Below are positions 49,724 to 61,614 of a DNA stretch of 64,000 nucleotides, in pieces. Under the pieces are notes generated by a model. That model was not told where the DNA came from and searched no databases. It worked only from the letters and a program-made list of their open reading frames with translations. Numbering within the stretch: the first letter of the stretch is position 1; each line of letters begins with the position of its first letter. The translations under genes and the position numbers were made by a program. Source of the stretch: Candidatus Eiseniibacteriota bacterium (GTDB taxonomy: Bacteria; Eisenbacteria; RBG-16-71-46; SZUA-252); contig OY969801.1 in NCBI GenBank assembly GCA_963703225.1, positions 1,120,001 to 1,184,000 on the forward strand, written 5' to 3'.

Positions 49724-50620
49724 ATCTCGAGGCCCATCATCTTCCGAACGAAGCGAGTCGCGTTAGCGCTGGCGGCCAACCAACTTCTCTCCAGCGGCAC
49801 CCACCTGATCGCCAAGGGGGCGCTCACGTCGATCGGCCCCCTGGCGGTCGCGCTGCTCCGGTTCACGGTGGCTTCGGCGGCGCTCTTGCTCTTCCAGAGA
49901 TTCCGCTCCAGCGCGCCGAAGATCGATCGGAGGGACATCCCGCTGCTTCTTCTGCTCGGCTTTCTCGTGGTTCCGGTCAACCAGGGCTGCTTCCTGTTCG
50001 GGCTGACACGCTCCACGCCGAGCCACGCCGCCCTCCTCTACGCGCTGACCCCGCTCGTGGTGCTCCTTCTGGCGCGCCGGCTCCTCCACGAGGGGGATTG
50101 GTGGTCCAAGCTGGCCGGGGTCCTCGTCGCGTTCGCCGGGGTGGCCGTCATCCTGCTCGAGCGGGGCCTCGCGCATGAGGTGGAGGTCCTCCACGGCGAT
50201 ATCCTGATCCTCGTGGCCGTCTTTGGATGGTCGCTCTACACGGTGCTCTCCAAACGGCTGCTCGAGCGATACGACCCGATGACCGTGACCTCCTGGGCTA
50301 TCGTTTCGGGGACTCTCCTTTGCATCCCCGCCTTCTTCATCCCCGGAGCCGTCCCGGCGCTGGGATCGATCGGACCGGCCGTGTGGGGCGGGATCTTCTA
50401 CCTCGCGATCGGGACCTCGGTAGTAGCCTACCCTCTATGGTCGTACGCCCTGCGATACCTCGAGGCTTCCAAGGTGGCCATCGCGACCAACGTCCAGCCG
50501 GTGCTCACGGCGATCCTCTCGTGGGTCATCTATCGGGAGCGGTTCACGCCCGGGTTCTGTGTGGGCGCCGTGCTGATCCTGGCGGGCGTCACGTGGGTGG
50601 AGACGCGGAGGAGCGCGTGA
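49724..50620 (+). CDS. DMT/EamA family transporter (start codon unclear)
   Basis: About 10 TM segments in two EamA-type repeats. The frame is open from 49724 but the first canonical start is GTG 49868. Confidence 0.8.
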   Translation: MSRPIIFRTKRVALALAANQLLSSGTHLIAKGALTSIGPLAVALLRFTVASAALLLFQRFRSSAPKIDRRDIPLLLLLGFLVVPVNQGCFLFGLTRSTPSHAALLYALTPLVVLLLARRLLHEGDWWSKLAGVLVAFAGVAVILLERGLAHEVEVLHGDILILVAVFGWSLYTVLSKRLLERYDPMTVTSWAIVSGTLLCIPAFFIPGAVPALGSIGPAVWGGIFYLAIGTSVVAYPLWSYALRYLEASKVAIATNVQPVLTAILSWVIYRERFTPGFCVGAVLILAGVTWVETRRSA

Positions 50621-50645
50621 GTGGGATGGCGCGGGGGAACCAGTC

Positions 50646-52043
50646 ATGACGCGCCGAGCGCCACTCTCCGGGGACGAGCTGCCCGAGATCGGGACGCCTC
50701 CACCGGGGCCCAAGTCGCGCGCGGCGGCCAAGCGATTGAGACGCGCGGAGGGGGCAGCGATCTGGGGGCGCGACGAAGCGCCGATCGTCTGGTCGCGCGC
50801 CCGAGGCGCGGTCGTCGAGGATTTGGACGGCAATCGATACCTCGACTTCACGTCGGGCTTGGGGGTGGCTTCCCTGGGGCACGCCGCGCCCGAGGTGAAG
50901 CGGGCGGTTGCCTCGCAGGCGGGCCGCCTGCTTCAAGGCCAGGGGGATCTCAGCGCGCATGTCGGGCGGGAGCGGCTGGCGCGGCGCCTGGCCGCGCTCG
51001 GCGGCAGCCTGCGACGCGTCCTCTTCGCGAGCACGGGATCGGAGGCGGTCGAGTTGGCGCTCAAGACCGCGGCGATCGCGACGGGGCGGTCGCGGGTGAT
51101 CGCGTTCACCGGCGCCTACCACGGCGAGTCGTACGGCGCGCTCGAGGCGACGCATCACCCGAAGCCGATCGATCCGCTCCGCGCGCAGCTCGCGGGACGG
51201 GCGATCTTCGTACCGTATCCGTACCCGTACCGGTGCCCGGCCACGGCAGGGTGCGGGGGAGCGTGCGACCTACGCTGCATGGACGAAGCGGTCGCGATGA
51301 TCGACGAGGCCCTGCGAGGTCCCGACCCGCCCGGCGCGATGATCGTCGAGCCGATCCAGGGACGCGCGGGTGGGATCGTCCCGCCGCCCGAGTTCCTGCC
51401 CCGCCTCTGCCGGCTCGCGCGCGAGCGCGGGCTCCTCGTCATCTACGACGAGATTCTTACGGGCGCGGGGAGGACCGGGCCCTTCTGGGCATGGGAGCGG
51501 AGCGGGCCCGAAGCAGAGCCCGACCTCCTCTGCGCCGGGAAGGGGCTCGGCGGCGGCGTGGCGATCGCGGCCCTGCTCGGGAAGCCCAAGCTGATGGAGG
51601 CGTGGCGCCAGCATCTCCCGCCTTCGGGCGAGGCGCCCCACGCGAGCACCTACTACGCCCATCCGATCGCGTGCGCGGGGGCGCTCGCGACGATCAAGCG
51701 GCTCACGGCGCCCGGTTTTCGGGAGCAGGTGGAGCGGCTGGGCGCTCGGCTGGCGGAGGGTTTGTCGGGCATCGCGGCGCGCCACAAGGCCGTCGGTGAG
51801 GTCCGCTCGGTCGGGCTCCTCGGGGCGATCGAGCTGGTCCGGGATCGGGCCACGCGCGAGCCGGCGCCGGAGGTGTTGGGGCGCCTCGTGGCCGCGCTAT
51901 TGGAGCGGGGCATCCTCACCCTCCCCGGCGGGATCCACGAGAACGTGCTCCTCCTCCTCCCACCGCTCAACATCACGGACGATCAGACGATGCATGCCCT
52001 GAATGCGATCGAATCGGCGTTGTCGGGGATCGCTGGGAAGTGA
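50646..52043 (+). CDS. PLP-dependent class III aminotransferase (GabT-like)
   Basis: DLDGNRYLDF, TGSEAVE, AYHG, EPIQG, DEILTGAGRTG, GKGLGGG. Confidence 0.9.
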   Translation: MTRRAPLSGDELPEIGTPPPGPKSRAAAKRLRRAEGAAIWGRDEAPIVWSRARGAVVEDLDGNRYLDFTSGLGVASLGHAAPEVKRAVASQAGRLLQGQGDLSAHVGRERLARRLAALGGSLRRVLFASTGSEAVELALKTAAIATGRSRVIAFTGAYHGESYGALEATHHPKPIDPLRAQLAGRAIFVPYPYPYRCPATAGCGGACDLRCMDEAVAMIDEALRGPDPPGAMIVEPIQGRAGGIVPPPEFLPRLCRLARERGLLVIYDEILTGAGRTGPFWAWERSGPEAEPDLLCAGKGLGGGVAIAALLGKPKLMEAWRQHLPPSGEAPHASTYYAHPIACAGALATIKRLTAPGFREQVERLGARLAEGLSGIAARHKAVGEVRSVGLLGAIELVRDRATREPAPEVLGRLVAALLERGILTLPGGIHENVLLLLPPLNITDDQTMHALNAIESALSGIAGK

Positions 52044-52097
52044 GTTGGCTGCTCCGTCTGATCTTTGGGGGGAGCGGGCCGAGCCAGGAGGCAAGAC

Positions 52098-54772
52098 ATG
52101 CGAACCGTTCTCCGGATTCTCGCGATTGGGTTCATGCAGCTTTACATCGGGGCGGGTCAGGCTGGCGCACAGTACATGTACCTGGACTCCAACGGCGACG
52201 GCGCCCACTCAATCGAAGATCGCCTGAATCCCAATGGCACGCCCACGACGGTTGACGTCTTCCTATCCACAAATCACAACCGCGACGGTTCGCCTGCCCT
52301 CTGCGATACGGGAGACGGACCGTTGAGCATCGTCTCGTACGCCACGGTTCTGCACGCGGTGAACGGCACGGTGGCCTACGCGTCGCCAACGAACCGCATC
52401 CCCAATTTCGGCAACCAACTCCTCAACGTCAATCCAGACGGTATCAACCTCCTGTACGCAAGGGCGGGGCGCAGATCGACATCCAGCCCCCGGGTACGTA
52501 CCGACTCTTCACGGTGACGATTACCGCGACCACCGGGAGCCCCGTGATCGAAATCCAGGATTTCTTCGCGGCAACTTCACGTCCTTCGGCACCAACTGCT
52601 CGGGCAACGACTTCGACAACACCTATAAGCTGACGGGAGGCGAGCGGCGGGTCGGACTGGACCGATGTCGATGGTCTCGGCGTCCGCGACGGGAGCAATT
52701 CGGTGCCGACGGCTCAGCGTGCCGGGATTCATGTCTTCCCAGGAAGGGCATGAAATCACGATTACCGCCACTTCGACCGATCCCGACGCCGGAGACGTTC
52801 TCACGGTCACTGTGACCGGAGCTCCCGTCCTTTCTCACATTTCACCACACACCAGGCGTTTCGCCGGTCACCGCGGTCTTGAGCGGAGTGGCCGGTTTTG
52901 CCGACGCCGGGAACTACACGATTCGATGGACATTGAGCGATGGCGGGGGATATGAGTTCAACTGCCACGACCTTCCTCGCCGTGGGCACGACGGACCGGG
53001 CACCCAGGCTCGTGCCGCTCAACGATGTTTCATTGAGCGAAGGCTCGACCATCGCCGTTCCCGTCAGCGCTTCTGATCCCGATGGGAATGGAATCTCGGT
53101 CTATGCGGCGCTCCCATCCTTTGCCACCCTGGCCCAGCCGACCGCCGGCACGGCATCAGTCTCGACATCGATCTCCGTTTCACCCGACTACGCATCGGCC
53201 GGTGACTACACGGTTCAAGTCATCGCCTCCGCCGGGTGCACGTCGGACGTCGGGTCCTTTCATATCCACGTCACCAACGTGGACCGACCACCGACGATCC
53301 AGCCGGTGGAGGATGTGACCGTGGCGGCGGATAGCATCCTCACGATTCCAATAGGCGCGAGCGACCCCGATGGCGACGTCGTCTCGCTCTCGGCGAGCCT
53401 GCCGTCCTTCGCGTCTCTCGGCGGCACGACGAGCGGGGCCGGAAGCCTGCAGGCCACCGTCGCCATCGCGCCGAGCGAAGCCGACGAAGGCAGCCACCCC
53501 GCCACGTTGACGGCGACGGCCGGCGCGCTGTCATCGAACGAGGCGTTTTCGATCACGGTGACAGTCCCCAACAGAGCGCCGGTGATCGGGGCACCCGCGT
53601 CGCTGACGGCCCAGGAGGGACAAGCGGTGGAAGTGGCCGTGACGGCCACTGACCCCGATGGGGAGACGGGGGCCACGCTCACGGCCGAGGGGCTACCGGT
53701 AGGTGCAACCTTCACGTCAGAGGGCGCTGATGCGGCAAGGTTGTCCTGGACTCCGGACTATTCTCAAAGTGGGAGTTACAGCGTCCTCTTTCACGGGGAG
53801 GATCGACACGGCGCTCAGGACAGCGCTACAACTCGCATCGAGATCGCCGGCGTGAACCGATCCCCGACGGCGTCTCCCGGTGGTCCGTACACCGGCACCA
53901 CGGGCGCACTGGTTCACTTCGACGGATCGGGTTCGGTCGATCCCGACGGGGACAAGTTGACCGGGCAATGGGACTTCGGGGACGGCATGACCGCCGTGGG
54001 AATCACCGCCGGGCATATGTACCAGTCTCCAGGCGCTTACGCGATTGTGTTTGAGGCGGATGACGGGGCGGCCACGGTATCCGCAGGCACCTCAGCCACA
54101 ATCGAGGCGACCCTTTCAGCTACCTCTTCCCTCGCCGCGGCCAGCTCCACAATTCATCTAGGGTCGTCGGCAACCAAGGTCTGCGCTCAGATCGAGCCCG
54201 AGGGAGGCGCGTTCCTGGCCTCCGAGATCGACCCTGCCTCAATCGTGCTGCGATCTTCGGGAACGGGATCTGTGGACCACGCAGCGTCGCTGGCGGGCAA
54301 AACCGTGGTCGAGGCCGATCGCGATGGGGATGGGATCGGCGAAATCGTGGTCTGCTTCAGCATGGACGATGTCAGAAGGCTGTTTGACGGGTTACCCGGC
54401 GGGACGACGACTGTGTCCCCCACCATCGAGGGGTCGGTCCCCGGTAGGGGGGTCTTGTCCGCACCAATTGCGATGAATGTCGACGCCGGTGAACCTGACG
54501 GCGCACCCAGCCTCGCCCCGAATCCCATGAATCCCCAGGGGCTTCTGAGCTTCTCGACCCAGACCGCGGGAAAGGTCCGGGTTCAGATTTTCGACGCCCG
54601 GGGCAGGCTGGTCCGAACGCTGCTGGATAGCGCGGCAAGGCCGGCCGGCCATCAGTACTTGCGATTCGACGGTCGGGACGACCGGGGCGGAGCCCTAGGC
54701 TCCGGCGTCTATCTGTACCGGATCGAGACGCCGAATGGTGTATCGACCGGCCGCGTCACGATCATGAAGTAG
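52098..54772 (+). CDS. Large secreted protein with Ig/cadherin-like repeats, PKD domain and T9SS/FlgD-Ig-like tail; several frameshifts in 52470-52950
   Basis: AGGAGG RBS and signal peptide; repeated A[ST]DPDG and NRAP/DRPP motifs; PKD WDFGDG; tail PNPMNP…IFDARGRLVRTL…GVYLYRI…K. Confidence 0.75.
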
Positions 54773-54781
54773 GCCGCGATC

Positions 54782-56392
54782 CTAAATGTCGTGCGGCATG
54801 TATCCGACGGGGGATTGGAAGTAGTAGTTCCAGGGGTAGTGGAGGAAGTTGGAGACGCGGCTCGTGTAGAGGCAGGCGAAGTCCTTGAGCTGGTGCCCGA
54901 ATCGGCTCGACTCGTTTCCCTCGCGGAAAATAGACCCCCAGCGCGAGTTATAGGCGCGGTCGATCTTCACCCTCAGGCTCTCGATCTCTCCCTCCAGCTC
55001 CGTGCCCCGCTTGTCCAGGTCCGAGATCTGGTCCGGGATCTCCTGGATGCGCGAGGAGATCTCGGAGCGGCGCACCGGATCGGAGCCGTCGTTCTCGCTC
55101 AGGACCTGCGTCAGGCGCCGGAGCTCGCGGCCGATGGCGGCCTTGTCGATCTCCAGCTGGTGGCGCTCGGAGGAGAGCTTGGAGAGCCGCTCGAAATCCT
55201 TCGCGTAGTCGGCGTTCACCGCGATCTCCCGGTCCAGCTCGGGGACGATCATGGCGGTGCGCCAGCCGGCGACGCGCTTGGACTGCAAGATGTCGCCGTA
55301 GGTGTGGTCTCCGAAGTAGAGGACGTGCTCGCCGCTCGCGCCGAGGGCGCGCTCCAGATAGGCCCGCCCGCCGCCTCGGCCGACCGCCGCGGAGAGCTTT
55401 TCCCCCTGGAGCTCGGGGATCGGCGCCGGCGCGTCCACGGAGGAGAAGAATTCGGGCTTTCGCGCTTCCACGATGACGATGTTGAAGAGATCGGTCCAGT
55501 GCCCCGGCGCTCCTCTCCCGCGCTGGAGGATGTGCCGCAGCAGCGTGTCCGTGTAGGCCCACTCGCTGTTCGTGAGGAGGAAGAGCTTCTTGCCGCTCCG
55601 GCGGAACTCCTCCAGCGTGATCCTCGCCTCGGGGTCGAACCGGATGTATCGGTCGAGGTCGCTCGTGATCACCGACTTGAGGCTGCCGTCCCGGTGAGCC
55701 TCGTCGATCATCTCCCGCACGTCCCGGTAGACCTTCTCGTAGTCGGGCGCGGTGCCGGTGTGGCGGCGCTCGAGGAGATCGATGACGCACAGATAGAGAT
55801 AGACCTCCGGGAGGTGAAAGAGCGTATCAACCGAGACATAGTTCTCATGTCCCAGCCGGATCCGGTCGGAGCGATAGGCACGCCGCCTCTCGTCGGACCG
55901 GAGCGCGGTGAGCCCGTGGTAGGCACGCGACACGAAATTGAAATAGTCCATCTTGAGCAGGTTGCCCCGCTTCTTGTCGACCACGAGGCCGCGGATGACC
56001 CACGGCGGGTCGTACCGGTACTCCAAGATCTCCCGCGGGTATCCCTTCACTTCGACCAGCTTCTTCTTGGTGAGGTCAAACGCCAGCTCTTCGACCGCGA
56101 TGGGGTCGTAGTGCGCCAAGGTGTGGTCGAGGTCGAAGCCGATGGCGCGGATCTTGGTCATCCGGAGGTTTCGGTTGACGAAGACGCGGTGGCGCCTCGG
56201 AATCCGGTGCTCCCGGTAGCGGAGCGCGCGGGCCGAGGGCTCGCGGGGAGCGGCGGGAGGTTGGTGCGGCGCCGGATGCGGTGGGGTCGCCGGTGCAGCC
56301 GGCTCGCGCGCCGCTTCCGCCTGTTTGGCCGCGGCGGCGACGCGACCGGGCGCCGCGGGCTTGGCCGCGGCCTTCGGCTTGGTTTCGGCCAT
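54782..56392 (-). CDS. HAD-IG cytosolic 5'-nucleotidase (cN-II type)
   Basis: VFVNR, GFDLDHTL (DxDxT), FLLTNS, KP, YFGDHTYGDI, YTSRVSN. Confidence 0.9.
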   Translation of the reverse strand: MAETKPKAAAKPAAPGRVAAAAKQAEAAREPAAPATPPHPAPHQPPAAPREPSARALRYREHRIPRRHRVFVNRNLRMTKIRAIGFDLDHTLAHYDPIAVEELAFDLTKKKLVEVKGYPREILEYRYDPPWVIRGLVVDKKRGNLLKMDYFNFVSRAYHGLTALRSDERRRAYRSDRIRLGHENYVSVDTLFHLPEVYLYLCVIDLLERRHTGTAPDYEKVYRDVREMIDEAHRDGSLKSVITSDLDRYIRFDPEARITLEEFRRSGKKLFLLTNSEWAYTDTLLRHILQRGRGAPGHWTDLFNIVIVEARKPEFFSSVDAPAPIPELQGEKLSAAVGRGGGRAYLERALGASGEHVLYFGDHTYGDILQSKRVAGWRTAMIVPELDREIAVNADYAKDFERLSKLSSERHQLEIDKAAIGRELRRLTQVLSENDGSDPVRRSEISSRIQEIPDQISDLDKRGTELEGEIESLRVKIDRAYNSRWGSIFREGNESSRFGHQLKDFACLYTSRVSNFLHYPWNYYFQSPVGYMPHDI

Positions 56393-56466
56393 GGCGGCAT
56401 TGTAGGCGGTCGGCGCCTCGGGCGCCACGACTTGACGCGCCCCCGCCTCGTCCCTACCTTACACGG

Positions 56467-57772
56467 GTGAATCTCTGTCTCTACGAAGATCCGGAGGTGG
56501 CGACCTTCGGGCCGCATGTGTTCTTGCGCCCCGTCTTTGCTCTGCGTTGCGGCGTCTTCTCGCTGGTGGAGAAGCTCGTCCGGGCGTTTCCCGAAGCCCC
56601 GTTGGTTCTCCTCGTCCGCCCGGAGCTGGAGGAGTTGGCACGGGCGCTCTACCCGACCGCCACGGTGGGGGAGCCGCCCGCGGAGGAGACGATCTTCGTC
56701 AACGGCCGCCTCTGCATGACCGACGACGAGGTGCTCCACTTTCTGGCCGCATCGCCGACGGAGGCATCCTACATGGCCGGCGGCGTTCTCTTCGCGGCCA
56801 AGGTGCGCGCGGAGCGGGTCATCCACGCGGCCCGTCACCTCCGCGCGGGAAATCCCGAGAAGGCGTTCGAGGATCTCCGCTTTCCGGCCGAGGTGAACGC
56901 GTTTCTCGCCCGATCGGCGGCCGACCTCATCCGATGGAGCCCGAGGCAGATCGTCCAGGATTTCCGCTACGCGTTTCAGCCGGGCACCGTGCGGGGGACG
57001 ATCGAGCCGGGCGTGCATGTCGTCCAGCCCCAGGCCATCCATGTCGCGCGCGGCGCCCGCGTCGCGGCGGGCGCGGTCCTGAACGCGGAGTCGGGCCCGA
57101 TCCTGATCGAGGAGAACGCGACCGTCGAATCGCTCGCGTACATCGAGGGCCCCGCGGTGATCGGCGAACGGACCCTCATCCGGGCGGGAGCCCGAATCCG
57201 CGGGGGGTGCTCGATCGGCCCGGTCTGCAAGGTGGGAGGCGAGGTCGAGGCGTCCGTTTTTCAGGGATACTCCAACAAGCAGCACGACGGCTTTCTGGGG
57301 CACTCGTTTGTGGGGGAATGGGTGAACCTCGGCGCCAACACCAACAACAGCGACCTGAAGAACAACTACGGCGACGTCCGTTTCTTCCGCTCGTCCGAGG
57401 CGTTCCGGGACGGCGCCGGGGAGTCCTCGGGCCAGACGCTCCTCGGTCTCACGGTCGGCGACTTGACGAAGACAGGAATCAGCACCTCCTTCACGACCGG
57501 ATCGGTGATCGGGATCGGATGCAATCTCTACGGCACGGCGCTGATGCCCGCCTACGTTCCCTCGTTTGTGTGGGGCTCGCCCGGGTCGTTCGCGGAGCAC
57601 CGGATCGACGCGGTCATCGAGACGGCGGCGGTGGCGATGGAGCGGCGAAAGGTGGAGCTCAGGGTGGAGCTCGATTCGCGGATCCGCCAGGCGTTCGACG
57701 ACACGCGGACCGATCGCGGCGTCTACCTCGGCCTCGGGCAAGACTCCCGCGCGCGGCGGAGGACGCCCGTGA
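56467..57772 (+). CDS. GlmU-related sugar-phosphate transferase with hexapeptide repeats (stop inferred at 57772 after removing one base near 57737)
   Basis: RPVFALRCG, left-handed beta-helix repeats, KVGGEV, SNKQHDGFLGHS, NLGANTNNSDLKNNY. Confidence 0.8.
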
Positions 57773-58508
57773 ACGGCCGCGCAGGAGATCCGAGGCCGAT
57801 CGTCTTCGGCGGACCTCTGTCGCCCGGCGTACGGACCATCCTGTTCGCGACGGCGGGCGTGTTCGTCTTCCAGCTTCTCTCCGGGATGCTCGCCCAGATG
57901 CGCCTCGAGCGGCTCTTCGGGCTCGTGCCCTACGACGTCACGCATCACCTCTTCCTCTGGCAGGGCGTGACCTATCTGTTCCTCCACGGCGGGTTCCTCC
58001 ACATCCTGTTCAACATGCTCGCGCTCTGGATGTTTGGGACGGAGCTGGAGTGGCTCTGGGGAACGCCGCGCTTCGTCCGCTTTTACTTCGTGACCGGCAT
58101 CGGCGCCGCGCTCTGCTCGACGATCGTCTCGCCGAATAGCACGATCCCGATCATCGGCGCGTCCGGGGCGATCTACGGGCTCCTTGCCGCCTACGGGCTA
58201 CTCTTCCCGGATCGGATCCTGCTCCTCTACTTCGTGATCCCGATCAAGGCGAAGTACTTCGTCCTGATGTTGGGGGCCGATCGCGTTCTGGTTCAGCCTC
58301 ACGTCGGGCGGCGGCGGGGTCGCGCACGTGGCTCACCTGGGAGGAATGCTCTTCGGGTGGCTCTACCTCAGGGGATTCCCATCGTGGAGCGGGTTTCGGA
58401 TTCCTCTGCGCGGAGTGGCGCGACCGGTGGAGGCGCGAGCGACTGCGTCGAAAGTTCAAGGTCTACTACAAGAAGACGAGGGGCGACGAGGAGCCGCCCG
58501 AGGAATAG
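57769..58508 (+). CDS. Rhomboid intramembrane serine protease, two +1 frameshifts (~58278, ~58405)
   Basis: Own GGAGGA RBS plus GTG; HILFNMLAL, GASG, and AHLGG in the shifted frame. Confidence 0.85.
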
Positions 58509-58553
58509 GGAAGCGCTGGGAACGGATGCGTGCTCCCCGCGCGTGGAACGCGG

Positions 58554-59603
58554 CTACGACGTTCCGGTCATCAGGCCCGCCATGATCCCGTCGAGCACCG
58601 ACTTCGGCGGACGGACCCGCTCCAGAGGCAGCGACGCGAGCGGCTCGTCGACGAGGTTCATCTCCGTGTCCAGCGGGAGCTTTCCCGGGTTCAGGTAGAG
58701 GAGCCCGGTCACGAAGCGGTTCTGATCGCGGCCTTGGTGGACGATCTGGAGCGCCCGGAGCGGGTCGCCCGGATCGTAGTCCTCTTCCAGCTTCCGCAGC
58801 ACGATGCGCGATCCGTCGTGGAGCGTGACCTCGCGCGTCTCGCCAGGCGCGTATTCGACCTCGATGTTCTCGAAGTGCGGGATGAAGTCATCTCGTGGAG
58901 CGGCGCGTCGTGCTCCTTCACGTTCAGGTAGCTCCTGGTCGAGCCCTCGTGGTTGTTGAAGGTGACGCACGGGCTGATCACGTCGATGCACGGCGGTGCC
59001 GCGGTGCGAGAAGGCGGCCTTGAGCAGCGGCCGGAGCTGCTTCTGGTCGCCCGAGAACGAGCGCGCCGACGAATCCGCAGCCGAGCTCGATCGCGACCGC
59101 GCAGAGATCGATCGGCATCAGCTCGTTGACCTGCCCGGTCTTGGCGCGTGCTGCCGACGTCGGCGGTCGCGGAGAACTGGCCCTTGGTCAGTCCGTAGAC
59201 GCCGTTGTTCTCGATGATGTAGACGACCGGCACGTTGCGCCGGATCATGTGGCAGAACTGGCCGAGCCCGATCGACGCGCTGTCGCCGTCGCCCGAGACG
59301 CCGAGGAGGATCAGCTCGCGGTTCGCGAGGTGCACGCCCGTCGCGACCGACGGCATCCGGCCGTGCACCGCGTTGAACGCGTGCGAGCGGCCGAGGAAGT
59401 AGGCCGGCGTCTTGCTGGAGCAGCCGATGCCCGAGAGCTTCGCCACCTTGTGCTGCTCGAGGCCCAGCTCGTACGCGGCCTGGATGATGCTGCCGGTGAT
59501 GGCGTCGTGCCCGCAGTCCGGGACAGAGCGTGGACTTGGAGCCCTTGTAGTCGGCGACGGTCAGCCCGATTCTGTTTGCCGCCGCGCCCGGCGTCGTGCT
59601 CAT
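58554..59603 (-). CDS. korB: 2-oxoacid:ferredoxin oxidoreductase beta subunit, multiply frameshifted
   Basis: LCP/GCGHD, SGIGCSS, HGR, GDGD…NN TPP motif, SPCVTFN, spread over alternating frames. Confidence 0.85.
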
Positions 59604-61408
59604 CGGGCCACCACCTCCATCCGTTCCCGCGGACCGCACGCCGTCGATCACGCTGGCCGCGTCGATCGGCAGGCCGTCGTAGTGGAGGATCGACCGAAGC
59701 GCGCGCCGAGAGCGTTGGGAACTCCATCTTCAGCAGCGCCGCCATCTGCGCGTCGCGGTTCTGCTCGATCACGTAGATCCGGTCGTGCGACTCGACGAAC
59801 CGGCGCACCTCCTTGGAAAACGGGTAGCGCGCGGAGCAGGAGGTAGGAGGTCTTGATCCCGTCCCCGCGCAGCTGGTCGCGGGCCTCGCGCATGGCGTGG
59901 TGCGTCGATCCGAAGGCGACGAGCCCCACTTCGGCGCCCGCCGTCGAGTCGACGATCGGCGCGGGGACGAGCCCGCGGGCGGTCTCGAATTTTCTCGCCA
60001 GGCGGTCCATGACGCGCGGGTAGGCCTCGGAGCTTTCCGTGTACCGCGCCTGCTCGTCGTGCCCCGAGCCGCGCGTGAAGTACGCGGCGAGGGGGTGCGG
60101 CGTCCCGGGAAGGGTGCGGTAGGGGATGGCGTCGCCGTCGACGTCCCGGTAGCGCTCGAATTTGCCGAGCCGCTCGAGGTCGGCGGCCTGGAGCACCTTG
60201 CCGCGGTCCCAGGGCTTGTCGGGGTAGCGGAAGGGATCGGACATCCAGACGTTCATGCCGAGGTCGAGATCGGACATCACGAAGACCGGCGTCTGGAGCC
60301 GCTCCGCCAGATCGAACGCGCGCATCCCGAATTCGTAGCAATCCTCGACGGTCGCGGGCAGGAGCATCACGTGCCGCGTGTCGCCGTGCGAGAGAAACGC
60401 GACCGAAAGCAGGTCGGCCTGGGAGGTGCGCGTCGGCAGTCCGGTGCTGGGGCCGATGCGCTGGATGTCCCAGATCACCGCGGGAATCTCGGCGTAGTAG
60501 CGCGTATCCCATGAACTCGGTCATCAGCGAGAGGCCGGGTCCCGACGTGGTGGTCATGGCGCGCGCGCCGGCCCAGGCGGCGCCCAGCACCATCCCGATC
60601 GCCGCGATCTCGTCCTCGGCCTGGACCACGGCGATAGGTCGCCTTGCCGCTCTGGGGGTCGCGCCGGTGGCGCGCGAGCAGCGATTCGAGCTGCTCGGCG
60701 AGACTCGAGGACGGGGTGATCGGATACCAGGAGACGTACGTCACGCCGCCGAACATCGCCCCGAGCGCGGCGGCGTGATTGCCATCGATCAGGATCTTGC
60801 CGGCGTTCTTGTCGAGGCGGCGCACCTGGAACGGGGCTTTCTTGAGGTGCTGCGCCGCGTAGTCGAGTCCGGCCCGGATCGCCGCGCGATTCATTTCGAG
60901 GGCCTTGGGCTTCCTCCCAAGCTGGCCCACGAGCGCGCGGTCGACCTCGTTCGGATCGATCCCCAGAAGAAAGCTCACGACACCGACGTAGATCATGTTG
61001 ATGACGAGCTTCCGGAGCTTGGCGTCCGCGACCAGCGGCTCCACCAGCTTCCCAAAGGGAATGGTGTAAACCGTTCGGTCGGGCTGGATCTTGGGCGTGG
61101 GGACGCCCTCGGCCATCACGATCACGCTTCCGGGCCCCATCGCCGCGATGTCGGCCGCCGAGGTCTCGGGGTTCAACGCGACGAGGAGGTCGTAATGCCG
61201 GTCCCGCGAAACGTAGCCTTGGTCGCTGACCCGGATCGTGAACCAGGTCGGGAGCCCCGCGATGTTCGACGGGAAACAGGTTCTTCCCGGAGACCGGAAT
61301 CCCCATCTGGAAGATCGCGCGCAGAAGCGTCGTGTTGGCGGTCTGGCTACCCGAGCCGTTGACCGTCGCGACGTGCACCGTGAATCGATTTTCGGTGGTC
61401 GGCGACAA
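59600..61408 (-). CDS. korA: 2-oxoacid:ferredoxin oxidoreductase alpha subunit, multiply frameshifted
   Basis: [53 protein letters not shown] across at least 5 frame switches; TTG start inferred. Confidence 0.85.
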
Positions 61409-61614
61409 GGAGCGAGTCCCGTGATTGGAGCGTCGAAGAAAAGCACGAACGAGCAACCCATGGTCCCATTTCGCTCCGCGCCGGTCAAGGGCGCGCGGCG
61501 GCGCGGAGCGGCCCAACCTTATTTAGACGCGCGGATGGGGACGATCGATTCCCCCGATCGGCGCTGGAGGTTCTTTCCCTTGACCGGCCAGGCGGGCGCA
61601 TCAAAAATGGTGGC

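Noticed and set aside
49724..49868. Non-canonical start of the DMT transporter as a biological signal
   Set aside because: Cannot be distinguished from a local base or indel error given the error rate in this window.
56281..58698. Apparent 805-aa GlmU-like/rhomboid fusion ORF
   Set aside because: The rhomboid has its own GGAGGA RBS and a GTGA start/stop overlap at 57769-57772. Deleting one base near 57737 ends the upstream gene exactly there, matching the window's +1 error pattern.
58554..61408. korAB as true pseudogenes or programmed frameshift genes
   Set aside because: All motifs are intact, no nonsense codons or consistent slippery sequences were seen, and neighbouring genes show the same indels; sequencing error is more likely.
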